DNA from: an archaeon
Lineage (GTDB): Archaea; Asgardarchaeota; Thorarchaeia; Thorarchaeales; Thorarchaeaceae
Assembly (NCBI GenBank): GCA_024275415.1
Contig: JAJRZD010000019.1
Location: 30,001 to 62,000, forward strand
Length of the DNA: 32,000 nucleotides
Direction: 5' to 3'
Part shown: piece by piece, positions 19,458 through 27,445 of the stretch
Position numbering within the stretch: position 1 is the stretch's first letter
Layout of the letters: every line of letters begins with the position of its first letter
Notes under the pieces: model-generated
Databases searched by the model: none
The model's input: the letters and a program-made list of their open reading frames with translations, nothing else
Told to the model about the DNA's origin: nothing
Program-made: the position numbers and the translations under genes

Positions 19458-20234
19458 TTGATGGTGATTTCCTTGAAACGCAGGATACAGCCTCACATCA
19501 GAGCCGGAGAAGGTGATGTGCATGACGTTGTGCTTATAGCTGGAAACCCTGACCGCGTTCCTATAATCGGGTCTAAGATGAAGGACGCAGAGGAGGTAGC
19601 CCACTATCGAGGGATTCTTACCTATCGTGCCTACACTCCCGGTGGTGTACCAGTGACTATTTCTGGGACTGGGATGGGCACCCCAACGACTCACATATGT
19701 GTGGAAGAATTCGCGAATCTAGGTGCTAGGGTCTTTATACGTATTGGTACTTGTGGAGGCGTTGATCCCGCCTTGAAAACGGGGGACGTAGTGGTGCCCA
19801 CTGGATGTGTGCGTGATGAACGAACAAGCTTGAACTACGCTCCAATGGAGTATCCTGCTATTGCGACCCCGCGCTGGTATAACGTACTGTACGAGGAGAT
19901 CAACAATCTCCTGCCCGCCGAACGAGTACATACAGGGATTTGCTGGACCAGCGATGTCTATTATGTCACTCCTGAAACATCACAGCTGGATGTTTGGACG
20001 CGTGCCAATGTGAAATGTGTGGAGATGGAAAGCTCGCTGTTATTCATTTTTGCACAGACCCATGGTCTTGAAGCAGCGACCATCGTTGCCTGTGATGGGA
20101 ATCTTCATACTGGTCAGAAAAGTGAGCAGAAGGACGAGTCCGAGAAGAGCGGGGAACAGGATCCTCTCCTCGTAGAAGCAATTGAGAAGGAGATAGAGGC
20201 GGCTGTGCGTTCAATAGACCGACTCTATGTATAG
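19458..20234 (+). CDS. udp: Uridine/nucleoside phosphorylase (PNP/UDP family)
   Basis: GNPDRV, GTGMGTP, EEFANLG..VFIRIGTCG, TSDVYY, VEME. Confidence 0.88.
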   Translation: MMVISLKRRIQPHIRAGEGDVHDVVLIAGNPDRVPIIGSKMKDAEEVAHYRGILTYRAYTPGGVPVTISGTGMGTPTTHICVEEFANLGARVFIRIGTCGGVDPALKTGDVVVPTGCVRDERTSLNYAPMEYPAIATPRWYNVLYEEINNLLPAERVHTGICWTSDVYYVTPETSQLDVWTRANVKCVEMESSLLFIFAQTHGLEAATIVACDGNLHTGQKSEQKDESEKSGEQDPLLVEAIEKEIEAAVRSIDRLYV

Positions 20235-20265
20235 CAATTCATACTTTCAATCGGGTGTGTCTTTC

Positions 20266-20895
20266 ATGAAGTCGAAGAGTCCCTCTCATTCGTCTGAAAA
20301 ACAAGAGAAGGCATATCTGGTCATGAAGGCAAACGCGGAACAGGCATTGGCTTTGGCCGCGGAATGGTGGGAACATAAGGAGGTTCCAAAATACATCCAT
20401 ACCCGACAGTTGCAACGGAGCGAGATTGAAGAATTCGTTGATCTTTACAACAGATGCTTCATCGCATCCCCCGACCCATTCTCACCTCTGACCGTTGAAG
20501 AGGCACAGAAGCTGGACTTTGAGGGCGTATTCGTGGCAGAGATGTGGGACACGCTCGTGGGATTCATTGCATGTTTTATCGAGCGAGATGATGAGTCGAT
20601 ATATGGTGAGATCACTGGGATTGGTGTCCTTCCCAACCGTCGGAGACGAGGTGTCGCTACTGCGCTGATACGAATAGCATCTGAGTATTTCATCGATGCT
20701 GGCATAGAAGAGGTATATTGTGAGGTATTTGAGGAGAACACACCCTCCCTCATGTTGATCCAAGCCTACGGATTCGTTGAAGTCGGGCGCAGGAACGTTC
20801 CCGGAATTACAGCCGGGCGTGACATTGAAGCGGATACTCCTGGCGGCAAGATTATGCGACGGCTGGGACTACGCCCTCTTCTGGAAACAGCATGA
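20266..20895 (+). CDS. GNAT acetyltransferase
   Basis: ITGIGVLPNRRRRGVATALI, EVFEEN.PS..L...YGF; start uncertain (20227, 20266 or later). Confidence 0.85.
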   Translation: MKSKSPSHSSEKQEKAYLVMKANAEQALALAAEWWEHKEVPKYIHTRQLQRSEIEEFVDLYNRCFIASPDPFSPLTVEEAQKLDFEGVFVAEMWDTLVGFIACFIERDDESIYGEITGIGVLPNRRRRGVATALIRIASEYFIDAGIEEVYCEVFEENTPSLMLIQAYGFVEVGRRNVPGITAGRDIEADTPGGKIMRRLGLRPLLETA

Positions 20896-20968
20896 AGCAG
20901 TGTGTGCTGGAATCGCCAAACCTAAATCCGCTCGCATTCATCGTCCTACCGGACGTATTAGGCTTTGA

Positions 20969-22216
20969 TTGATGAACATGGAGGTCGTCAGCGAAGTGGA
21001 CTATGATGTCATTGTGGTAGGGGCAGGCCCAGCTGGTTCGATTGCATCATATGAACTAGCCAGAGCAGGGATCAGGATCGCACTATTGGAGAAATTCACC
21101 ATTCCTCGCGATAAGCCATGTGGAGGGGCAGTCATGGCCCGTGGGCTTCACATAGTCCGTGGGAAGATTCCCAAACGCATCGTAGAACAGATGATCCATG
21201 GCCTCCGTTTTGTACTACCCGATGGAAAGGAGGCACAATTCAAATCAGACCGACTGATTGGCATCACTGTATTCAGGAGCCTGTTCGATGAATTCTTGGC
21301 GAAGCGAGCCGAAGCTGCCGGTGCTGAACTCCATGAGAACGCCCGAGTTGTTTTGGCATCCACCTCCGAACATCATGCACAGGTCAAACTAAGGAACGGT
21401 GACCAACTCGAAGCAAAATTCCTAATTGGCGCTGATGGCGTGAACTCAATTGTAAGCCGATCCCTTGGGCTCAGGCCGAAGCGAAAAAACCCTTTCAGAA
21501 TCGGACTGGGCATGGAGGCAGATTTCCATGTGGGGCATGAAGGTGTTATGGAAGCAACTCGAGGCGATCCGTCCATCCTTGAGATTATTCCCGTCGATGG
21601 GAGAATCAGTTATGGATGGATGTTCCCGAAGAAAGAACACTTGGCTATTGGTATCGCGGGTGCCAGCGTACATATGCATCCCCTGCGTCCAATTTTCGAG
21701 TCATTCAGGAAGAAGTTAGAGGCTCGCATTGGTATCGACCTGAAGACCGACAAGAAACGTACCTACTTCCTTGGCGGTGATGGCATTCTGGGAAAGAACT
21801 ATACTCGACGCGCGTTGCTAGTGGGTGATGCAGCAGGGTTTGTGGATCCCATGATGGGGGAGGGAATTGCTTATGCGATGAGATCAGGTCAGCTTGCAGC
21901 CGCAGTGATAAAGAGATGTCTTGACCAAGACCTCTATCTGGAGAAGCACCTTATTGAGTATCAGGCTTTATGTCATGATGAGTTTGCAGCCAATTTCGCC
22001 ATGGCGGAACGGGCCGCCCTCAAGGGTACTTCATTTGCTGAATCCGTACTTATCCATGCACAGGCACTCAAGATGTCCTCTGAATTGTTAGCAGCACTTG
22101 CCCGAGGCGAAATTGGTTATTCCGACATCCCTGCGCTGGTAGTGCGAAACCTTCCACGTGAGATTCCACGATTTGTCCGGACAACTATCCAGTCCCGTAT
22201 CTTGAAGAAGCAATAA
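20969..22216 (+). CDS. Geranylgeranyl reductase family FAD oxidoreductase
   Basis: VVGAGPAG, PRDKPCGG, IGADG.NS, YGWMFPK, VGDAAGFVDPMMGEGI. Confidence 0.9.
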   Translation: MMNMEVVSEVDYDVIVVGAGPAGSIASYELARAGIRIALLEKFTIPRDKPCGGAVMARGLHIVRGKIPKRIVEQMIHGLRFVLPDGKEAQFKSDRLIGITVFRSLFDEFLAKRAEAAGAELHENARVVLASTSEHHAQVKLRNGDQLEAKFLIGADGVNSIVSRSLGLRPKRKNPFRIGLGMEADFHVGHEGVMEATRGDPSILEIIPVDGRISYGWMFPKKEHLAIGIAGASVHMHPLRPIFESFRKKLEARIGIDLKTDKKRTYFLGGDGILGKNYTRRALLVGDAAGFVDPMMGEGIAYAMRSGQLAAAVIKRCLDQDLYLEKHLIEYQALCHDEFAANFAMAERAALKGTSFAESVLIHAQALKMSSELLAALARGEIGYSDIPALVVRNLPREIPRFVRTTIQSRILKKQ

Positions 22217-22265
22217 TAAAACTCAAAGGTCAGTCGTGCATCTGATGTGGTGGTCGTGACTATTT

Positions 22266-23258
22266 ATGAGAGTGACCTTAGCCATCATCATATTATTACT
22301 CGTGCCCGGACTGCCCTATAGAGCAAGCCAAGCCAATTATACACCCTCCTTTGATGGTGAAGAAGCATTCAACCATCTCGTGGCTCAAACTGACTTTGGA
22401 CCACGCCCCCCTGGCTCTGATAATCTGACCAAATGTAGGAACTACATCATTAATGAGCTTGAGCAGATCGGCTGGACTGTATCTCTCCAGACCTTCACTT
22501 ATATGGACACATTCATTACAAACATAGTCGCTGAATGGCCATCAAGATCACCCTCCTTCTTTGTGGTAGGTGCTCACTATGACACCCGCCCCTATGCAGA
22601 TCAGGAGTCTGACCCAACTGACAGGACTCTTCCCGTTCTTGGTGCAAATGATGGCGCCAGTGGAGCCAGTGTCTTACTAGAACTTGCTAGAGTTCTTCCC
22701 GAAAGCATCAGGGGCTCCGTGGAGTTTGTATTCTTTGATGCTGAGGATTCAGGTAATATCAATGGGTGGGACTGGATTGTCGGCTCAACATATTATGTAG
22801 ACCAGTTAGATTAGCAGAAACGCGCTAATATCACTGGTATGATCCTGCTAGACATGGTCGGCGACGCTAATCTGGTCATCCCCCGTGAGGTCAGCTCCAC
22901 CAATAGCCTTCAGGACGCTATCTGGACCACTGCAAAGGATCTGGATAATGATGACATCTTTGTGGACTCCCCCGGGGCGTCTATCCTTGACGACCACCGA
23001 CCGTTCCTCGATGCTGGTATTCCCGCAGTAGACCTGATACACTATCCATTCCCAGAAACTTGGCATACGCTGAACGACACTCCTGAGAACTGCGACCCGA
23101 ACAGCCTTCAGGCGGTTGGAGAGGTCGTGGAAACATTCCTAGTCACCAACTCTGACTCTTATCTTCCAGATGCACCATTTCCGTCCGTTACTATTGTTCT
23201 CATCGCCCTTCTCCCAGTGTTCACGGTGGCTGCAATCAGGTTCCGTCGTCGTGAGTAG
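22266..23258 (+). CDS. Secreted, membrane-anchored M28 zinc peptidase (glutaminyl-cyclase-like) with an in-frame TAG at codon 183
   Basis: Signal peptide; GAHYDTR, GANDGASG and FFDAED before the TAG at 22812-22814; LLDMVG, DDH.PF and WHT..D after it in the same frame; C-terminal TM helix and RFRRRE tail. Confidence 0.85.
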
Positions 23259-23311
23259 ATATGGTACACAGTTTTAAACATTGGATTCTCTAATATTAGG
23301 GTTGGTCTGGT

Positions 23312-24208
23312 GTGAGAAACTTGGAAAAAAGGATCCTTTTCAGGCTAACCGGAGTCAAACAGGTTCCCCTCACCCATTTGGCAATCACCCCAAAGGGAGA
23401 TCGGATAGCTTGTGGCACAAGCGACGCAAGAATACTTCTCATCAATCCTACGACCAGAAAACTCCTTCGTTCTCTCACAGGACATCAATCCATGATATCG
23501 TCCCTTGCTTTCACTCATGAGGGCACTCGGATTATCTCATCCAGCTGGGACACGACCACTAGACTGTGGAGCAGCACAAAGGGCAGCCAAGAGAAATCAG
23601 TACTCAATCACACATCTGAAATGAAAGCACTTGCGGTACATGACAAAACCGCACGAGGTGCAGTCGGCACACGAGATGGACTGGTGAAAGTGTTCTCTCT
23701 CAAATCAATGAAATGCATGAGGAACATCTCCGCTCACATCCGTGATATATCAGGCCTTGCTTTCGCATCTGATGGGACATACCTGATAACTTGCTCTTGG
23801 GACGGGTCGGTCAAGGTCTGGGATTTGAACTCGTATAACCTGTTGAAGGATCTGGTGCGCCAGAAGGAACGGATTAGATCCATGTCCTTCTTGCCCAATG
23901 ATTCGAGAGTATATCTGGGGCTACACAATGGGGTTATCCGTTCTGTTTCTCTTGAGAATGCACGGGATGTCCACGAATTGAAAGGACATAACGATATAGT
24001 GAGTTCGCTATCTATCGACCCCTCCGGAACACTTTTGGTTTCAGGCAGCTGGGATCGAACGATTAGAATCTGGGACCTCTCATCCAACACTCCTTTTGCT
24101 GTCGAAACGGCAGGAACTGGTATCTCCTCTCTGGCATGGCACCCGTCTGCAGAATATTTCTACGCGACCGATTTCTCAGGAACTCTTGCCGAGTGGGACT
24201 TGAGTTAA
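23312..24208 (+). CDS. WD40-repeat beta-propeller protein
   Basis: About 7 repeats with GH...WD signatures (LTGHQS...SSWD, AHIRD...SWDGSVKVWD, LKGHND...SGSWDRTIRIWD). Confidence 0.92.
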   Translation: MRNLEKRILFRLTGVKQVPLTHLAITPKGDRIACGTSDARILLINPTTRKLLRSLTGHQSMISSLAFTHEGTRIISSSWDTTTRLWSSTKGSQEKSVLNHTSEMKALAVHDKTARGAVGTRDGLVKVFSLKSMKCMRNISAHIRDISGLAFASDGTYLITCSWDGSVKVWDLNSYNLLKDLVRQKERIRSMSFLPNDSRVYLGLHNGVIRSVSLENARDVHELKGHNDIVSSLSIDPSGTLLVSGSWDRTIRIWDLSSNTPFAVETAGTGISSLAWHPSAEYFYATDFSGTLAEWDLS

Positions 24209-24269
24209 AGTGCAGTTTTTATGTGCGGGGATGATGGCAGTCTGCATCCTTCAGCAATCAGGCATTCCC

Positions 24270-24980
24270 CTATGAGAACACTCTCAGGTCGATGTTCAGG
24301 AATCCCTCCTTGTGCATAATCAGCCGCACCCGTCCGTACTTCCTCTTACCAGTAACAATCGCTTGAAGGGTTTCCCGCTCAGAATTTCTACTTCGTTTGT
24401 CGAATGGGATGGGAACCTTCTCCCCCGATAGCGTAAGCACCTCGACAGCCTTCTCGAACACATCAACGAGCATCCCCGAAAGGATTATAGTGCCATGCTT
24501 GAAGTGTGGTATTTTCCCTCTTATGCTGACCAACATCTTTGATAATTGGCGATGCCTACTTATCTCTGCAGCTGCGCTCCGAATCACGTCCTTTACAAAC
24601 TGGTTCGCGTATAGATGCACAAATTCAATCCGTGTCCCCTCTGAAACGCGAATCTTTTCTATGGTACCATGACCCGTCCTACCAAGGTGTTGTTCTGGGA
24701 AATACCTGGCGACCAGTCTATCCTCAAAACGTCTTCCAAAGGACTGAAGGCTATCTTTTTCCTGCCCTCCCACTTTCCGGACAAGGAACCCTGTCACAAT
24801 TCTATCGTGCAGGAACCTCTCCGCCTTGGACTTGTTGCCAATCCCTTCCTTGTAGATCGTTTTGATGGCGAAATTTGTGGCATCTGCATACACATTGAAA
24901 TCATGTTCCAAAGTCAGTTGTTTTGTGCGAGACAGTGGCACGCTAAGCAACTTGACTATCTCGACCTGTTTCTCAGACAT
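24270..24980 (-). CDS. TnpB/Cas12f-like N-terminal (WED-REC) protein lacking the RuvC domain
   Basis: Pattern match by eye to the IS200/IS605 TnpB N-terminal half: KLLSVPLSRTKQLTLE..F..Y..ATNFAI, NQFVKDVIRSAA, KIPHFK, VLTLSGEKVPIP, GRVRLI...FLNIDLRV. The protein stops where RuvC-I (GVDLG) would begin. The ORF track starts at 25022; the ATG at 24980 is preferred. Confidence 0.6.
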   Translation of the reverse strand: MSEKQVEIVKLLSVPLSRTKQLTLEHDFNVYADATNFAIKTIYKEGIGNKSKAERFLHDRIVTGFLVRKVGGQEKDSLQSFGRRFEDRLVARYFPEQHLGRTGHGTIEKIRVSEGTRIEFVHLYANQFVKDVIRSAAAEISRHRQLSKMLVSIRGKIPHFKHGTIILSGMLVDVFEKAVEVLTLSGEKVPIPFDKRSRNSERETLQAIVTGKRKYGRVRLIMHKEGFLNIDLRVFS

Positions 24981-25043
24981 CGCCTTCACTTGTGATGATG
25001 CTACCTTGCCTTGCTTAATCAATCTAGCTCCGGGAACAGTCGC

Positions 25044-26069
25044 TCAGAGCCTGTCTGCTATGAATCTTGCTTCAGCAATCCCCCTCTGTATTCCCTTCGG
25101 AAGCAGGTCATAGGCGCCGAACTCGAGCATGACCTTCTCATAATACTCGGGCTCGTGCTCCCGTAGATTCGCCATCAACGAGTCCCCTGACTTGTATGCA
25201 TCCTTCAAAGTCAGTAATGCCAGCCCGATCATCGTCATCGCCCTACGCATCTCAAGGACTGCAAGCTCATAATCCCCATTGAACGTCAATGTCTGTGCTC
25301 CATAATAGTTCCGCTGTGCCTGAATCAGATGCGCTCCTGTGGGACTCTCAGGTGTGACGTTCTCATTCTCCTCAAGCCGTTCAACTGCTCTCTCAAGCCA
25401 CTCCCGTACTATCTCAAGGATCTCGACAAGCTGCTTCTCTTCCATGCCCTTGAGCCTGAAGGTTCTCAGGAAGAGCTTGTACATCGTCGGATCCAGCAGC
25501 CGGATGTTGGAAAGCACCTCTGAAGGTTTGATGATGTCAAAGATGTTGTTGCGCATGATGATCAAGCGACTCAGGTCGAATATCCCACCCCTCATCTCGT
25601 GCACCGCCGATTCGATATCGTTCTCTGCAAGATGTCCTTCCGCACGGGTCAGCTCCTCAAGTGCAATCTGTTTGATCTTTTGCATGGTCTTTTCAGGCCA
25701 TTGATAGGACTTGGCACGCTCTATCCATCTCTGCACGTCCCCGTCTTCATCAAACTCGACCCTAGCGCTCTTCAGCCTGCTTACGACCCCTGCAATCACG
25801 AATGCATGGTCTTCGTACTCGTCGAATATCTCTTCGAACTTGGCGCTTGGGATGAAATCCATGTCTATCTTGATCCCTCTATGCTCAGCTATCAGCCTTG
25901 CAGGCGCCTCATCATCCTTCCAGACAATGACAAGGTCAAGATCTGAGCCCATCGTAGCGGTGCCTTTCACCACGGACCCGTAGGTGAAGATGCCTTTCAC
26001 CTCATCCCGCTTCTTCCATTCCTCAATGGTGTCCTGAAGGGCTGCGTCAAACCTACGGCCAATATCCAT
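25044..26069 (-). CDS. Minimal nucleotidyltransferase (MNT) fused to two HEPN-like helical domains
   Basis: YGSVVKG.....SDLDL (GS...DxD). ALEELTRAEGHL..NDIESAVHEM and AQRNYYGAQ.L..NGDYELAVLEM resemble HEPN first helices. Confidence 0.8.
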   Translation of the reverse strand: MDIGRRFDAALQDTIEEWKKRDEVKGIFTYGSVVKGTATMGSDLDLVIVWKDDEAPARLIAEHRGIKIDMDFIPSAKFEEIFDEYEDHAFVIAGVVSRLKSARVEFDEDGDVQRWIERAKSYQWPEKTMQKIKQIALEELTRAEGHLAENDIESAVHEMRGGIFDLSRLIIMRNNIFDIIKPSEVLSNIRLLDPTMYKLFLRTFRLKGMEEKQLVEILEIVREWLERAVERLEENENVTPESPTGAHLIQAQRNYYGAQTLTFNGDYELAVLEMRRAMTMIGLALLTLKDAYKSGDSLMANLREHEPEYYEKVMLEFGAYDLLPKGIQRGIAEARFIADRL

Positions 26070-26229
26070 CTTTCTCGCTCCTCAATCTTTATGCACCCCG
26101 ATGATGTACGTTTCAGAATATGAATCTACACCCGACCTATTAATTGAATGATTCCTTCTCTCTTGGGAGAAACCTTTTCCGACATCTCTTAATAGCTGTA
26201 TAAATCCGTATCCCGTAGAGGCACCAACA

Positions 26230-26934
26230 ATGACCAGAACCGATGGCAGAGCAAACAACGAACTACGACCTGTCACCATAACCCGCAACTACCTCAAACA
26301 CCCAGAAGGCTCAGTCCTCATATCGACCGGGGACACGAAAGTCATATGCACGGCCACCGTGGAAGAAAACACTCCCAGTTGGCTCAATGGCACCGGCCAG
26401 GGATGGGTCACCGCTGAATATGCGATGCTCCCGCGTGCCACGAACGAGCGTACCAACCGCCACAAGGTCTCGGGCAGGAACCAAGAGATACAACGCCTGA
26501 TCGGACGCTCCCTCCGCGCAGCAGTCGATATGAACCGGATGGGCGAAACGACAATCAAGGTGGACTGTGACGTGATCCAAGCAGACGGCGGCACACGGAC
26601 TGCCTCTATCACTGGCGCCTATGTCGCTATGGTCGATGCCCTTGCTTACATGATCGACATGGACATCATTCCCGACCTCCCCCTGCGAGGGAACGTGGCT
26701 GCTGTCAGCGTGGGTGTGGTCGATGACGAGTGCCTGCTTGACCTCTGTTATGTGGAGGACTCGGCAGCCCAAGTGGACATGAACATCGTCATGCTGGATG
26801 ACGAGTATGTAGAGGTGCAGGGGACAGGCGAACACTCTACCTTCGACAGGCAGGCGCTGGACGAGATGCTCGACCTCGCCAAGAAAGGCATCTCCCAGCT
26901 CATCAAGCACCAGTTGAGCGCCCTCGACCTGTAA
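26230..26934 (+). CDS. rph: Ribonuclease PH, bacterial type
   Basis: [78 protein letters not shown]. Confidence 0.93.
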   Translation: MTRTDGRANNELRPVTITRNYLKHPEGSVLISTGDTKVICTATVEENTPSWLNGTGQGWVTAEYAMLPRATNERTNRHKVSGRNQEIQRLIGRSLRAAVDMNRMGETTIKVDCDVIQADGGTRTASITGAYVAMVDALAYMIDMDIIPDLPLRGNVAAVSVGVVDDECLLDLCYVEDSAAQVDMNIVMLDDEYVEVQGTGEHSTFDRQALDEMLDLAKKGISQLIKHQLSALDL

Positions 26935-27092
26935 GAGCCCCTCTTCCCCCTGACAACCCCTTGTCCTTGCGTAAGGTTTAATTGCAAATTCTTCGCGAGT
27001 ACCTTTGCTCATGTCGAGTAGAAGCTTGTTATCACGGCTTCAGCAAGGTCGTGACTGAAAATCGCTCTGGCGAACCTCGACACATAGCAACG

Positions 27093-27099
27093 TTTAAAT
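27093..27099 (+). promoter_or_regulatory. Putative TATA box of the 23S rRNA transcription unit
   Basis: TTTAAAT followed about 25 nt later by a GC-rich, hairpin-dense leader leading to the 23S processing stem. Confidence 0.55.
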
Positions 27100-27416
27100 C
27101 CGCAGCCAATCTGGCTGCCGGAGCGCACACCATGTTTCCATCGGTGTGCTCCTGTCCAAAGTCCTCACCCGAGGCTCCGCCGAGAGGACCACCTCTTGTG
27201 CCACCGGCACAACAGGCCCTCGATGAGGGGATCCATTACGAACAGACCCCGCCGGGTCACTCGCAATGGAGGACAAGTCATTCGTCCGTCAGCTGATGCC
27301 GTGCATCACCAAGGCTGGTCGACGGGACTGCAGAGGATGATCGACAATCGTACACTGAGGTATATTGAATAGTTACAATCCTTGGACAACGCAGATTCTT
27401 TCTGCGCAGCAGGTAT

Positions 27417-27445
27417 TACTGTGCCGGGTGCATGAGTAAATTTGC
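27417..27445 (+). other. 5' strand of the pre-23S processing stem with BHB motif
   Basis: TACTGTGC-C-GGGTGCAT pairs with GTGCATCT-C-GCACGGTA (31317-31333). Central helix GAGT (27434-27437) / ATTC (31310-31313), each followed by an AAA bulge. Confidence 0.8.

Noticed and set aside
24209-24269. IS200/IS605 right end or omega RNA downstream of the TnpB-like gene
   Set aside because: Only about 60 nt are available, and the nearest TCAA falls inside the WD40 coding end. The stem could simply be a bidirectional terminator.
26311-27012. 233-aa minus-strand ORF
   Set aside because: Antisense shadow of rph; no recognisable motifs.
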